A stretch of 64,000 nt of DNA from Sphingomonadaceae bacterium (GCA_024236155.1 JACKLA010000001.1:605298-669297); one strand, 5' to 3'; shown: positions 28,128 to 39,198, counted from the first letter of the stretch. A program made the numbers and translations. The notes: a model not told the origin generated them from the sequence alone.

Positions 28128-30617
28128 ATGATTCGATTCGCGGCGCGTGGTCTGTTGGTGGGCGTGGCCCTCCCGCTCTTGGTCCTGGCGGGTGGGCCGG
28201 GTGCCGCGGCCCAGTCGGGCACGCCCTCGGCCACTGCCTCGCCAGCAACGGCGGGCGATATCACGATCTACCGCGACGAAATGGGTGTTCCGCACGTCTA
28301 TGCGGATACGGCGCCGGCGGTCTTCTTCGGCGGCAGCTACGCCATCGCGCAGGATCGCCTGGCTCAATCCGAACTGGAATCGCGTGCCTTGCTTGGCCGC
28401 CTTGCCGAAGTGGCGGGGCCGAGCATGATCGAGGCCGACAAAACGGCCCGTATCGCGCTGCCGACCGATGCCAGCATGCAAGCGCAATATGATCGCCTGC
28501 CTGCCGACTATCAGGCGATCATGAAGGGAATGTACGACGGCTGGATCAAGCGCGTGCGCGAGGTGAAGGCCGATCCGGCGTTACTGCCCTACGAGTTCAA
28601 GGAATGGGGCATCGAACCTACCGAATGGACGATGCTCGAGTTCCTCAAGGTGATGGGGATGGTCTTCAAATATTACGGCACCGGCGGTGGTGGCCGCGAA
28701 CTGACGAATCTCGCGCTCTACAAGGATCTCGTCGCCAAACATGGCGAGGCGGATGCGAAGAAGATCTTCGACGACATGCTGCCCCTTCAGGATCCCGACG
28801 CCGTGCCGATTTTCCCGGCCGCCGAGATCCAGACCTATCAATCGGGCCAGCCGCGCCTGACTGTGCTGCAGGGCGAACTTCCCCTCGAAAAGCTCGATCC
28901 CGCCGCCAGCGGTCCACCGCGGCGCGGCGCGAGCCGGGTCATCCTGATCGGCGCCGATAAGTCGGCGAGCGGCAACACGATGATCCTGCAGGCGACGGCG
29001 GATGGTCCCGATCTTCATCTCTCGGGCGGCGGCTTCGAGGCGGCCGGTTACGTTTTCGTGACGATGAGCCCGATCATCCAGGGACGCACCGACACCTTCG
29101 CCTGGAGCGCGACAACGGGCGAAGCTGATGTCGTCGACATCTACGCCGAGAAACTCAATTCGGCGAATCCGCGCCAATATTATTTCAACGGCGCCTGGCG
29201 CGACATGACGGTGCGGAAGGAAGTCATCCGCGTGCGGGGGGCGAAGCCCGTTACGTTCGAGATCGAGTCGACGGTCCACGGTCCCGTGATCCACCGCGAG
29301 AACAAGGAAAATGTCGCCTACACGGTAAAGAATGCGATGGCGGACAACGAGCTTAGCGCGGCCGCCGGTGTGCTCGAAATGAACCGTGCCAAGACCTTCG
29401 AGGATTATAAGAGCGCGGCATCGAAGTTCGCCGGCAACACGAACGTCAACTACGCCGGCAGCGACGGAAATATCGCGATCATGCATGTCGGCATGTTGCC
29501 GATCCGGCCGCAGGGCATCGATCCGCGCCTGCCGACACCGGGCACCGGCGAATATGAATGGCAAGGGTTTATCAAGGACTTCCCGATGGTGATGAACCCG
29601 AAGCAGGGCTATCTCCACGCCTGGAACAACAAGAGCACCGCCAATGCGACCTATGGGGACTCGTCGCGCTACGGCAAGGCGGGTCGGACCTGGCTCGGGC
29701 GCATGCTGGTCGAGCAAAAAGGCAAGCTGACCCGCGAGGACCTGCACGAGATTCACCGGCAGGTCGGGCGCGCCGCCGGCGGCGCGGACCTCACCGTGAC
29801 CGATCCTCGCTTCTTCACGCGCTACCTTCGCCGCGCTGTGCAGGGCGACGCGAAGCTCGAGGCGGCCGTCGAAGCGATGGACGGCTGGAACAGCGTGTAC
29901 GAGGACAAGGATGGCGACGGCTATTACGACAGCCCGGGCCTGACCGTATATCGTACCTGGATCAAGACCGCCCAGAATGAAGTGATCGGCCATACGGTCG
30001 GGGACTGGTGGCACAAGATCGAAGACGAAAGCTACATCAAGTATCAGACCGACGTCCTGCTGCGCGCAATCGAGGGCTCCGATGCCGGGGCGCCGATGAC
30101 CTACGACTGGTACAAGGGGCGCTCGAAAGATGCGGTGCTGCGCAAGACCGTGGCCGACACGGTCGCAGCGCTCGAGAAACAATATGGCACGAGCGACGTT
30201 TCGGAATGGCGCCAGCGCATTTTCTATTTCTACTATGACCCGGCAGCGCAGGCGAAGAATCCGGACAAGCCGACCCGCTCGAGCGCTGCGACCGTGTCGG
30301 CCACGGTCAGCGCGAGCCTCGGCCGCGTGACCCTCGCGGCGGGACGTCTGGGTCTCCAGCCGCCCTATATTCCAGACAATGGGTCCGAGAACTGGAACAT
30401 GCTGGTCGAAGTCAAGAAGGGCGATCCGGTTCTTTACGATTCGACGCCGACCGGCGGGCAGAATCTCTTCGTGTCGACCGAGGGGAAGGGCAATCCGAAC
30501 ATCGCCGACCAGGTGAAGCTGCACGAGACTTTCGAATTCAAGAAGGTCGATCTCGACCGCGCGGCCGTTGAGCGCGAGGCCGTCTCGACGACGAAGATCA
30601 GCTTCTCCGGCAACTAA
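28128..30617 (+). CDS. Penicillin acylase family (S45) Ntn amidohydrolase
   Basis: Signal peptide, IYRDEMGVPHVYA, AQDRL, beta-chain Ser (codon 28932), TVHGPV, WNNK. Confidence 0.9.
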   Translation: MIRFAARGLLVGVALPLLVLAGGPGAAAQSGTPSATASPATAGDITIYRDEMGVPHVYADTAPAVFFGGSYAIAQDRLAQSELESRALLGRLAEVAGPSMIEADKTARIALPTDASMQAQYDRLPADYQAIMKGMYDGWIKRVREVKADPALLPYEFKEWGIEPTEWTMLEFLKVMGMVFKYYGTGGGGRELTNLALYKDLVAKHGEADAKKIFDDMLPLQDPDAVPIFPAAEIQTYQSGQPRLTVLQGELPLEKLDPAASGPPRRGASRVILIGADKSASGNTMILQATADGPDLHLSGGGFEAAGYVFVTMSPIIQGRTDTFAWSATTGEADVVDIYAEKLNSANPRQYYFNGAWRDMTVRKEVIRVRGAKPVTFEIESTVHGPVIHRENKENVAYTVKNAMADNELSAAAGVLEMNRAKTFEDYKSAASKFAGNTNVNYAGSDGNIAIMHVGMLPIRPQGIDPRLPTPGTGEYEWQGFIKDFPMVMNPKQGYLHAWNNKSTANATYGDSSRYGKAGRTWLGRMLVEQKGKLTREDLHEIHRQVGRAAGGADLTVTDPRFFTRYLRRAVQGDAKLEAAVEAMDGWNSVYEDKDGDGYYDSPGLTVYRTWIKTAQNEVIGHTVGDWWHKIEDESYIKYQTDVLLRAIEGSDAGAPMTYDWYKGRSKDAVLRKTVADTVAALEKQYGTSDVSEWRQRIFYFYYDPAAQAKNPDKPTRSSAATVSATVSASLGRVTLAAGRLGLQPPYIPDNGSENWNMLVEVKKGDPVLYDSTPTGGQNLFVSTEGKGNPNIADQVKLHETFEFKKVDLDRAAVEREAVSTTKISFSGN

Positions 30618-30705
30618 TCCTCAGGAGGGGGCGGCGCTTTGCCGCGTTCCGACCAAGAACCGGGAAAAGCCCGGCGTCACCACAGGGAGTTTGACAGTGA
30701 CTAGA

Positions 30706-33042
30706 ATGAAAACGACTATCCGGAGGGCACTTGTTCTGGGCGTATGCGGGCTGGCTATCACCAGCGCCCACGCGCAGGAACCAACTGCAAACAACACGGC
30801 ACAGAACGAGGCAGAAGCCGATGACGGGGCGGTCGGCGAGATCGTCGTAACCGCGCGCCGCCGGACGGAAGCGCTCAGCGATGTGCCCGTGAGCATCACC
30901 GCCTTCTCGCAGGAGGGGCTCGACAAGATCGGGGCGCGCGACGTCGACGACATCACTCGTTTGACGCCGGGCGTCCAGTTCCAGCGCGATACTTTCGGTG
31001 CGAGCAACCGGTCGAGCATCTCGATACGCGGCATCAGCTCCACCGTCGGCGCGAACACGGTCGGCGTTTATCTCGACGATACGCCGATTCAGGTTCGCAA
31101 CATCTACTTCTCCTCGACGAACGCCTATCCGCGCCTGTTCGATCTCGATCGAGTCGAAGTGCTTCGCGGTCCCCAGGGCACGCTGTTCGGCGCCGGTTCG
31201 CAAGGCGGTACAGTGCGCTTCATCAGTCCGCAGCCCGATCTTCAGGACACACATGTTTATGCCCGCGGCGAGGTCGCATCGACCCGCTACGGGGCGGCGA
31301 GCTATGAGGCCGGTGTTGCCGTCGGCGTTCCGCTCGTGACTGACAAGATCGCGATCCGTGCGAGCGGTTGGCATCGCCGCGACGGCGGTTGGATCGACCG
31401 CGTCGATCTCTACGACCAAGACAGGGTTCTCGAGAAGAACGTCAACCACAGCGAAGCGACTGTCGGCCGCATCGCGATCACGTTCGCGCCGACCGAGAAT
31501 CTGACGATCACCCCGTCCTTCCTCTATCAGGAGGAAAAGTCGAACGGGGGCAATGTCTACTGGCTGTCGCTGTCCGATCCGGACAAGGGGATTTACCGCA
31601 ACGCCAGCAATCTCGGTTCGACCGGCAAGGACCGCTTCGGAATTGCCGCGCTCGCGCTCAATTGGGAGCTCGGCGGAGTCGACCTTGTCACCAACACCTC
31701 CTATTTCAAACGCAACTCGGACTTTTTTCCCGACTATACGGGCACCGTATCGTCCACCTTGCTCGGAACGGCGCAGCCGCCGATCCCGGGTCTGACGGCG
31801 CAAGGCTATTGGCTCGACGACCAGGAGAATTTCACGCAGGAAATCCGCCTGCAGTCCAACGATTCGTCGGCGCGCCTCTCGTGGGTTGTCGGAGCCTTCT
31901 ACTCGCACGCCAAGCAGCGCGCGCGTCAGTTCATCGACGGCTCGCAGTTTGACCGGATCCTCGAATATCTTGCGGGTTTCCCGATCTCAGTGGAGGAGTA
32001 TTTCGGCAGCCCGCTGGTCGATGGCTTCGCCTACATCACCGACGACCGGACGAAGGACGAACAGCTCGCGGCCTTCGGTCAGCTCGATTACAAGCTGACC
32101 GACCGGCTGACGGTGACCGGTGGTCTTCGTGTTTCCTACACGAAGTTCGACTTCGTCTCGTCGACCGACGGCCCCTATTTCGGAAAATCGTCGGTCCCCG
32201 GTTCGACTTCGCAAACACCGGTCACGCCCAAGTTCGGCATTTCCTACGAGACGGACGGCGACGGCCTGCTCTATGCAAACATCTCGAAGGGCTTCCGGGT
32301 GGCCGGCGCGCAGCGGCCGGCCCCGGTCACCTGCGCGGGCGATCTCGCGGCGCTCGGCATCGACCAGATTCCGCAGACCTATGGTTCGGACTCGGTCTGG
32401 GCCTATGAAGCCGGTGCCAAGGGAACCTTCTTCGACCGCAAGGTGCAGGCGGAAGCAAGCATATTCCAGCTCGATTGGAGCAACATCCAGCGCAGCGTTT
32501 CGCTCGCCCAGTGCAATCTGTCCTACATCGACAATCTCGGCTCGGCCCGCAGCCGCGGCTTCGACCTCGCGATCACCGCGCGGCCGGTGCCGGCGCTGAC
32601 CCTTGGGGCGTCGGTAAGCTACACCAATGCGAAGTATACGGTCGATGTACCTGTCGCACCGCCGAACTTCATTGTTCGCGACGGCGACACCTTGGGTATT
32701 CGCCCCTGGACGGTTTATCTCAACGGGCAGCTCGACTTCCCGCTGGGTTCAGGCGAGGCCTATATTCGCGCCGATTACAGCTATGAGAGCAAGAACAAGC
32801 AGGCGCCGCGCCCGAACCGCGTTGGCTATGACCCGCTGATTCCGCGGCCTCCCGAAACCCACCTCGTCTCGATGCGCGCAGGTAGCAACTTCGATGGCCT
32901 CGACGTATCGGTGTTCGTCGACAATCTGTTCGATTCGAAAACTAATTTCGGGTTGAAACGCGACACCAGCAATTCGCCGGTCTTCTACGGCGGTTCGTTC
33001 CGCCCGCGGACGGTCGGGCTCACCGTCTCGTATCGCAAATAG
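30706..33042 (+). CDS. TonB-dependent receptor
   Basis: TonB box GEIVVTARRR, VGVYLDD, RVEVLRGPQGTLFG, C-terminal PRTVGLTVSY. Confidence 0.95.
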   Translation: MKTTIRRALVLGVCGLAITSAHAQEPTANNTAQNEAEADDGAVGEIVVTARRRTEALSDVPVSITAFSQEGLDKIGARDVDDITRLTPGVQFQRDTFGASNRSSISIRGISSTVGANTVGVYLDDTPIQVRNIYFSSTNAYPRLFDLDRVEVLRGPQGTLFGAGSQGGTVRFISPQPDLQDTHVYARGEVASTRYGAASYEAGVAVGVPLVTDKIAIRASGWHRRDGGWIDRVDLYDQDRVLEKNVNHSEATVGRIAITFAPTENLTITPSFLYQEEKSNGGNVYWLSLSDPDKGIYRNASNLGSTGKDRFGIAALALNWELGGVDLVTNTSYFKRNSDFFPDYTGTVSSTLLGTAQPPIPGLTAQGYWLDDQENFTQEIRLQSNDSSARLSWVVGAFYSHAKQRARQFIDGSQFDRILEYLAGFPISVEEYFGSPLVDGFAYITDDRTKDEQLAAFGQLDYKLTDRLTVTGGLRVSYTKFDFVSSTDGPYFGKSSVPGSTSQTPVTPKFGISYETDGDGLLYANISKGFRVAGAQRPAPVTCAGDLAALGIDQIPQTYGSDSVWAYEAGAKGTFFDRKVQAEASIFQLDWSNIQRSVSLAQCNLSYIDNLGSARSRGFDLAITARPVPALTLGASVSYTNAKYTVDVPVAPPNFIVRDGDTLGIRPWTVYLNGQLDFPLGSGEAYIRADYSYESKNKQAPRPNRVGYDPLIPRPPETHLVSMRAGSNFDGLDVSVFVDNLFDSKTNFGLKRDTSNSPVFYGGSFRPRTVGLTVSYRK

Positions 33043-33059
33043 AAATCTCCTCCCTGGCC

Positions 33060-34325
33060 ATGCGCGGTCCCGACGGGCGCGCATGGTCTTTTTCTCGGAA
33101 GTTTCCCATTCGCCGCTTTTCTACAAATATCGTCCTGTCCGCGCTTCTCGCAGCGGGCGCTCCCGTCGCGGTCATGGCGCAGGCTGCGAGCGATCGCGCC
33201 GATTTTGTCGCCAGCCTGTTCACGGGCAAGGAACAATATGAGAATTTCAATCGTATCGATGCGCTGTTTCCGACCGACAAGGTCGCAGCCTCCGATCATC
33301 CGGAGCCGCTCGAAACCGGCAAAGCCATAAGCCTGCCGGCAGCCTTCGCCTTCGACGGCACCGACCTGTCGACCGAAGATTTCCTCGCCGCGACCGATAC
33401 CGCCGCCTTGCTTGTCCTGAAGGACGGCAAGATCGTCCATGAAACCTATCGTCTCACGGGCGGACCGGACGTCCGCTGGTTATCGATGTCGGTCGGCAAG
33501 AGCGTGGTATCGGCGCTTGTCGGCACCGCGATCGCGGACGGTGCGATCAAGTCCGTTGACGAACCGGTCACGACCTATCTGCCCGGTCTCGCCGGATCGG
33601 CCTATGATGGCGTGAAGATCAAGGACATTTTACAGATGTCTTCGGGCGCCCAGTGGCGGGAAGAATATTCCGATGGCGAATCCGACATTTTCCGTCTTGG
33701 AGCGCTTCTGGCATCGGGCGCTGCCATCTCGACCTTTCCGGCGAGCCTCAAACGCGATCATGCACCTGGAACCTTCAACCGTTATAATTCCGCAGATACG
33801 CTTGTCCTCGGCCTGCTGGTTGAAAGGGCGACCGGCAAGCGCTTGGCTCGTTACACGCATGAGAAGCTCTGGCAGCCTATCGGCGCAACCAGCGAGGCGT
33901 TTTGGCTGACTGATGATGAAGGGACGGCGCACGCTTACGCCGGGTTCAACTCGACGGCGCGCGATTATTCGCGCATCGGCGAGCTTTATCGGAACGGCGG
34001 TCGCTGGAAGGGCAAGCAGGTCATTCCAGCCGAATGGGTCCAGGCCTCGATTACGCCCGATGCGCCGCATCTGGTCCCCGGACACCGCGCATCGGCCGAC
34101 AGCGATTGGGGCTATGGCTATCAATGGTGGTTGCCGGGCGGTGACGACAAACAGGATTATGCGGCGGTCGGCGTCTATAATCAGTTCATCTACGTCAATC
34201 CGCGCTCCCGCATGGTCATCGTCAAGCTATCTGCCAATAGCAGCTACGGCCAGTCGGGTTCCGAATCTGCCAGTCGCGAAGCCGAGACGATCGCATTTTT
34301 CCGCTCCCTGGCTGCCGAATATTGA
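33060..34325 (+). CDS. Serine hydrolase, beta-lactamase fold (NylB/6-aminohexanoate-dimer hydrolase-like)
   Basis: SVGK (SxxK), ILQMSSG, YNS, GYGYQWW, GVYNQFIYV. Start uncertain. Confidence 0.85.
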   Translation: MRGPDGRAWSFSRKFPIRRFSTNIVLSALLAAGAPVAVMAQAASDRADFVASLFTGKEQYENFNRIDALFPTDKVAASDHPEPLETGKAISLPAAFAFDGTDLSTEDFLAATDTAALLVLKDGKIVHETYRLTGGPDVRWLSMSVGKSVVSALVGTAIADGAIKSVDEPVTTYLPGLAGSAYDGVKIKDILQMSSGAQWREEYSDGESDIFRLGALLASGAAISTFPASLKRDHAPGTFNRYNSADTLVLGLLVERATGKRLARYTHEKLWQPIGATSEAFWLTDDEGTAHAYAGFNSTARDYSRIGELYRNGGRWKGKQVIPAEWVQASITPDAPHLVPGHRASADSDWGYGYQWWLPGGDDKQDYAAVGVYNQFIYVNPRSRMVIVKLSANSSYGQSGSESASREAETIAFFRSLAAEY

Positions 34326-34728
34326 GCGAAGACGGAAAGGAGGCGCTCGCGGCCGGGCCCGCCCACCCGCCAGAGGCGCAAAATCACAATGGGCACAGAC
34401 AAGCGAACGCGCGACGAACGGACACCTTCGCGACTCTCGGTATCGCGCCGTCCCCTTGCGGTGATCGGCCGTGTCGCGGACGGAGCGACGGCGATCCGCC
34501 CCGACAAGCGGCGTCGGTCGAGCGTGCCCGCGAAATGTTGGAGGGTCTGCGAGACTGGATCGAGGACGTTTCCCGCGACAAGATGCGGCGCGGCAATGGA
34601 AGCCATCGGTCCCCACGGAAAGGGCGAACAATGGCGAAAGAGCTATTGCAGCGCTTCGGACTTGGCATCACTACCACAGAAGAGTCGGCCGCGCGATCTT
34701 GATCGGCGCCGATGACGGACGGGCGACG

Positions 34729-35724
34729 TCAATGCGCCCCGATCGACTGGTTCGGCAAGTCTCCGGCATCCCGCGCGGCCCGCTCGCCGACGGCGGATGC
34801 CGCATCGACCGCGACGATCTGGGCCAGGATCGACAGCGCGAGCGTGGACGGGTCGCGCGCGGCAGGAATGGTTCCCACAGACATACGCAGCCGCGCCGCA
34901 ACATCTTCGTGCGGCATTTGCCGACGCAGCATTTTGTACCTCATTTCGTGGCGGCGGCGGCTTCCGACGGCACCGACATAGAATACGGGAAGACGCAGGA
35001 GCCATGGCAGAAGGGCCTCTTCCCACTCCCGGTCATGGAAAAGCGACACGATGGCCGTCCGGTCGTCGCCAATGAGCCCGGGCCGCCGGTCATTCGTTTC
35101 GAGCAGTACGACCTCATGCCCTTCGCAACGAAGTCGTTCGGTGATCAGCCTGTCGGGCGTCAGCGCGATCGTCTCCGTGCCGAAAGCGGCCGCGAGCCGG
35201 ACGAGCGCCGCCAGGTCCTCGCCTTCGCCGAGCGCCACGATGCGCAGCGGGGGGCGATAGGGTCGCAGGAAGGCGCCCTTTTTCCAGCCTGCCGGTTTGC
35301 CGGGTGGAGCCTGCTGCGCGAAGGGCGCCGCGAGCGAAAGGGCGAGCGCCGCTGGCTGCCTGTCGCGAAGGCTCCGGATGACCCCCTCCAGTGCTTGCGG
35401 TTCCGGCGCGGGATTGAAGAGCAGGTCAAGGCCGCCGCCGCAGGGAAGGCGGATGTCGATAAAGGGCGATCCCGCACCGAAGCGCACCAGGCGGGGGCAT
35501 CTCGCCGAATGTGCCGCGAGAGCCTCGGCGACAATCGCCGCCTCCAGGCAACCTCCGGAAAGCGAGCCCGCGAAAGAGCCATCGGTTGCAACAGCCATCT
35601 GCGCGCCAAGCGCACGCGGAGACGATCCGATGATGCCGGTGAGCGTCACGAGTGTGCCCTGCTTCCTTCGGGCGCCCCCACGAAGAAGGAACTCCAGGAT
35701 AGCGATGTCCGACGTTGCGATCAT
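34729..35724 (-). CDS. XdhC/CoxI molybdenum cofactor chaperone
   Basis: GSSPRALGAQM..GSLSGGCLE, IRLPCGG, YVGAVGSRR. Confidence 0.9.
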   Translation of the reverse strand: MIATSDIAILEFLLRGGARRKQGTLVTLTGIIGSSPRALGAQMAVATDGSFAGSLSGGCLEAAIVAEALAAHSARCPRLVRFGAGSPFIDIRLPCGGGLDLLFNPAPEPQALEGVIRSLRDRQPAALALSLAAPFAQQAPPGKPAGWKKGAFLRPYRPPLRIVALGEGEDLAALVRLAAAFGTETIALTPDRLITERLRCEGHEVVLLETNDRRPGLIGDDRTAIVSLFHDREWEEALLPWLLRLPVFYVGAVGSRRRHEMRYKMLRRQMPHEDVAARLRMSVGTIPAARDPSTLALSILAQIVAVDAASAVGERAARDAGDLPNQSIGAH

Positions 35725-35777
35725 TCGGAGACTGGGATCAAATCCCGCCTGGCTGGGGCGAGGTGGAGTGTATCGGG

Positions 35778-36356
35778 ATGATTGAACCGGAAAACGTGGC
35801 AGCGGTCCTCCTCGCCGCGGGGCGATCGCTCCGTTTCGGAGAGGAGGATAAGCTCCTCGCGCATCTGCGCGGCGTCCCGCTCGTTGCTCATGCCGCTCGG
35901 GCCATCGAATCGGTGTCTCCCGGTCGCAAGATTGCAATCTGTCCCGACACAGCAGGACCGGTCGCGGCGCTGCTCGCCGCGCGCGGCTTCGAGATTGTGG
36001 CAAATGGGGAGGCAGAACGGGGCCTGTCGCAATCGCTCGCGCGCGGTATCGCCGTCGCCGGGGCGGCAAGACACGAGGCGGCCCTGATTTGCCTCGCCGA
36101 CATGCCGAATGTCACGCCTGATCATCTGCGGGCAGTCATGGCGCGCTTCCATCCTGTAACGGTTCCTGTCGTCGGATCGATAGCAGGTGAGAACTGCTCG
36201 CCGCCCGCGCTGTTCGGCCGATCGCTCTTTGCGCGGATCGCCTTGCTCGAAGGCGACAAGGGGGCGAAGGCCATGCTGGCGGAGGGCGATCTCGTGCAGG
36301 CGCCTGAAGATCTTCTGGTCGACGTCGACAGGCCGGGCGACCTTGCGGCCGTGTGA
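35778..36356 (+). CDS. MocA-like molybdenum cofactor cytidylyltransferase
   Basis: LAAGRSLRFG..DKLL, GLSQSL, LADMP, GDKGAK, DVD. Confidence 0.88.
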   Translation: MIEPENVAAVLLAAGRSLRFGEEDKLLAHLRGVPLVAHAARAIESVSPGRKIAICPDTAGPVAALLAARGFEIVANGEAERGLSQSLARGIAVAGAARHEAALICLADMPNVTPDHLRAVMARFHPVTVPVVGSIAGENCSPPALFGRSLFARIALLEGDKGAKAMLAEGDLVQAPEDLLVDVDRPGDLAAV

Positions 36357-36394
36357 TCGTCAACTATCATAGCCAAAGGGCGTCTTCGGGCATC

Positions 36395-37657
36395 TCAGCG
36401 CGGCCTTTCAGCGCGCGGCGTTGTCGGCACGAGCATAGCAGGCAGGGCGGCCAGGATCGTCGTGATGGTCAGAATGACGAGCGCGGGCTGATAGCTTTGC
36501 GCTTCGTCATAAAGCCATCCTGCAGCGATCGGGGCCGAGAAGAGCGCCGCGAGATACCAGAGATACCAGATCCCGAAGGCGCGATCGAATTTCGGTGCGC
36601 TGAGCGTCCGGCGCAGGTTCGGGAGAAACGCTGCCTCGAAACCGCCGACCGAAATGCCGAATGAGATCGCTGCGGCGAACATGAGGGCGAGCGAAGGATG
36701 GACGGTCAGCGCGAGGAAGCCGAGGATGCCGCACAGCAGCAGCCCGAGTTCAAGCAGGACGAGCGGACGGAAGGCCATGCGGTCGGAGAGCCAGCCGACG
36801 CCGACCGCTGCGAACAGCGCAGAAAGAGCGGTCGCGCTGACGGCTGCCGCGCCATATCCTTCGAGTGCCGACTGACCATCGACGAGTGCGGCCTCGTTGG
36901 CAAGGATGGCGCCATAGGCCAGTGCGGCAAGGAGTGTCGCCGCGATAGTCGTCCATAGAGCCCGACGGAACGAGATTGCCTCGCCCGCTTCTGGCGCGTC
37001 AGAACCCGCTGTGTCCGTATCCGCGATTGGCAGGTCGAGGCTTTCGGGCTCGATTCCGCGCGAAACCGGTGAGGGCACTCGCGCCCAGGCGAGCAGCGGC
37101 GGTATCGAGACGAGCAAAATGGCAATCGAAAGAATCGTGCTCGTTTCACGCCAGCCGACCGTGTCGATCAGCCATTGGGTAAAGGGCACAAGTACCAGGC
37201 CCCCGAAGTGCCAGCCAGCATAGCAGCATGCGAGCGCGAGTCCAAAATTCTTGCGGAACCAATGGGCCGCGAGAAGCGTGACGCCGCAGGCCATCATGAC
37301 CTTGCCAAGACCCATAAGAAAGCGCAGCACGAAAAGAAGGGTCAGACTCTCGCAAAAGCCAAGAAGAAACGTCGCAAAGGCGGCAAGAGCGACACCTGCG
37401 GCGATTACCCGGAACCCGCCGAAGCGGCGCACCGAAGGCTCGGCCAGCAGCGTGAGGGGGGCGGCGAGCCAGTAGATCGATACGAGTCCGCTTGTCGCGG
37501 CGCGGCTCCAACCAAATTCCTCGGTCAGGGGCGTAACGAACAAGGTGAAACTGTAAAGCCCGCACCCGTAAACCATCATGCCGGTGAGGAAAAGCGCGGC
37601 GACAACCTTCCACCCATGGTAGATGCCGCGGCGTTCGATCAGCGTTTCTGCGGTCAT
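36395..37657 (-). CDS. MFS transporter
   Basis: About 12 TM segments; YHGWKVV, FGWSR, WFRKNFGLAL, GWLSDR. Confidence 0.88.
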   Translation of the reverse strand: MTAETLIERRGIYHGWKVVAALFLTGMMVYGCGLYSFTLFVTPLTEEFGWSRAATSGLVSIYWLAAPLTLLAEPSVRRFGGFRVIAAGVALAAFATFLLGFCESLTLLFVLRFLMGLGKVMMACGVTLLAAHWFRKNFGLALACCYAGWHFGGLVLVPFTQWLIDTVGWRETSTILSIAILLVSIPPLLAWARVPSPVSRGIEPESLDLPIADTDTAGSDAPEAGEAISFRRALWTTIAATLLAALAYGAILANEAALVDGQSALEGYGAAAVSATALSALFAAVGVGWLSDRMAFRPLVLLELGLLLCGILGFLALTVHPSLALMFAAAISFGISVGGFEAAFLPNLRRTLSAPKFDRAFGIWYLWYLAALFSAPIAAGWLYDEAQSYQPALVILTITTILAALPAMLVPTTPRAERPR

Positions 37658-37719
37658 TTGCCCCTCCTCCCGGGGAACGGATGAATTCGGCTCTACCGTC
37701 TGTCCCCCTCTATAAGCCT

Positions 37720-39198
37720 TCACCTCGCGAGATTGATCCAAGTGGTCTTGATGTCGACATATTTGTCGAGCGCATGAAGCGATTTGTCGCGTCCGAACCC
37801 CGATTGCTTGAACCCGCCAAAGGGGGATGAAATGTCACCATGGTCGAAGCAATTGACCCACACGACGCCGGCACGAAGGTCGCGGGCTGCGGCGAAAGCC
37901 TTGTCGATATCGGCGGTCCAGACGGCGGCCGCGAGACCGTAGACGCTGTCATTGCCGATCTTGACCGCTTCGCCAAGATCGCGCGCGGATATAGTCGCGA
38001 GCACCGGGCCGAAGATTTCCTCCTGCGCGATCGTCATGTCGTTCGTCACATCGTCGAAAATCGTAGGCTCGACAAAATATCCCTTTGTGCCCGGCAATGC
38101 CTTGCCGCCGGTTACGAGCTTTGCCCCTTCGTCGGTGCCCTTGGCGATATAGTCGATCACCCGGCTCATCTGGCCCTCGTCGACGATTGGGCCCATCTGG
38201 GTCTCCGCGTCGAGCGGATCGCCGACCTTGATCGTTCGCGCCACGGCGATCACCTTCTCTAGAACTTCATCCTTTACGCTCTCTTCGACGACGAGCCGCG
38301 ACCCCGCGTTGCAGACTTCGCCCTGATTGTAGAAGATGCCCCAGGCGGCGGCGGTCGCCGCAGCGTCGAGGTCGGGGGCATCGGCGAGGATGATGTTGGG
38401 CGATTTGCCGCCGCACTCGAGACTGACGCGCTTGAGATTGGATTTGCCCGAATATTCCATAAAGTAGCGCCCGACCTTGGTCGAACCGGTAAAGGTAATG
38501 GCGTCAACGTCATGGTGCAGCCCGAGCGCCCGGCCCGCCACCGGACCGAGCCCGGGCAAAACGTTGAAGACGCCGTCGGGTATGCCGGCTTCTACCGCGA
38601 GTTCGGCGATGCGGAGCGCAGAAAGTGGGGATTGTTCGGCGGGCTTGAGGATGAGGCTGTTTCCGGCCGCGAGAACAGGTGCGATCTTCCACATCGCCAT
38701 CAACAGCGGAAAATTCCAGGGCACGACCGCCGCAACGACGCCGAGCGGTTCGCGGCGCATCATCGCGATCGCGCCCGGTTTGGTCGGGGCGATCTCGTCG
38801 TAGATCTTGTCGACCGCTTCGCCGTACCAGCGCGCGCATCCAACTGTCAGCGGCACATCGACCGACAGGCTGTCCGAGATCGGCTTCCCGACGTCGAGCG
38901 TTTCGAGCAGCGCGAGCTCGTCGCCATGCTTTTCCATGAGATCGGCAAAGCGAATGAGGCGCCGACCCCGTTCGGCGGGCGCGAGCCGCGACCAGCTGCC
39001 TTTCTCGAACACGCGCCGGGCGGCGGCGACGGCCAGGTCGGCGTCGCGCTGGCCACAGGCCGCGACGCTCGTCAGGAGGTTTCCGGTTGCGGGATTGATC
39101 GTATCGAACAGGGAGCCGTCATCGGCCTGGACGGTCTTGCCATCGATGAAGGCTAGCGACCGAAGGTCCAGTTTCGCTGCCGCATTCTTCCAGTTCAT
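37720..39198 (-). CDS. Aldehyde dehydrogenase, PuuC-like
   Basis: VPWNFPL, FTGST, SNLKRVSLECGGKSP, FYNQGEVC, GRDKSLHA. Confidence 0.9.
   Translation of the reverse strand: MNWKNAAAKLDLRSLAFIDGKTVQADDGSLFDTINPATGNLLTSVAACGQRDADLAVAAARRVFEKGSWSRLAPAERGRRLIRFADLMEKHGDELALLETLDVGKPISDSLSVDVPLTVGCARWYGEAVDKIYDEIAPTKPGAIAMMRREPLGVVAAVVPWNFPLLMAMWKIAPVLAAGNSLILKPAEQSPLSALRIAELAVEAGIPDGVFNVLPGLGPVAGRALGLHHDVDAITFTGSTKVGRYFMEYSGKSNLKRVSLECGGKSPNIILADAPDLDAAATAAAWGIFYNQGEVCNAGSRLVVEESVKDEVLEKVIAVARTIKVGDPLDAETQMGPIVDEGQMSRVIDYIAKGTDEGAKLVTGGKALPGTKGYFVEPTIFDDVTNDMTIAQEEIFGPVLATISARDLGEAVKIGNDSVYGLAAAVWTADIDKAFAAARDLRAGVVWVNCFDHGDISSPFGGFKQSGFGRDKSLHALDKYVDIKTTWINLAR

Noticed and set aside
33060-34325. 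Antibiotic resistance reading of the beta-lactamase-fold gene and the nearby penicillin acylase
   Set aside because: Motifs and context fit NylB-like and Ntn catabolic amidases; fold names do not imply resistance.
34322-34715. Short overlapping ORFs between the serine hydrolase and xdhC
   Set aside because: No recognisable motif in any frame; possibly a decayed gene.
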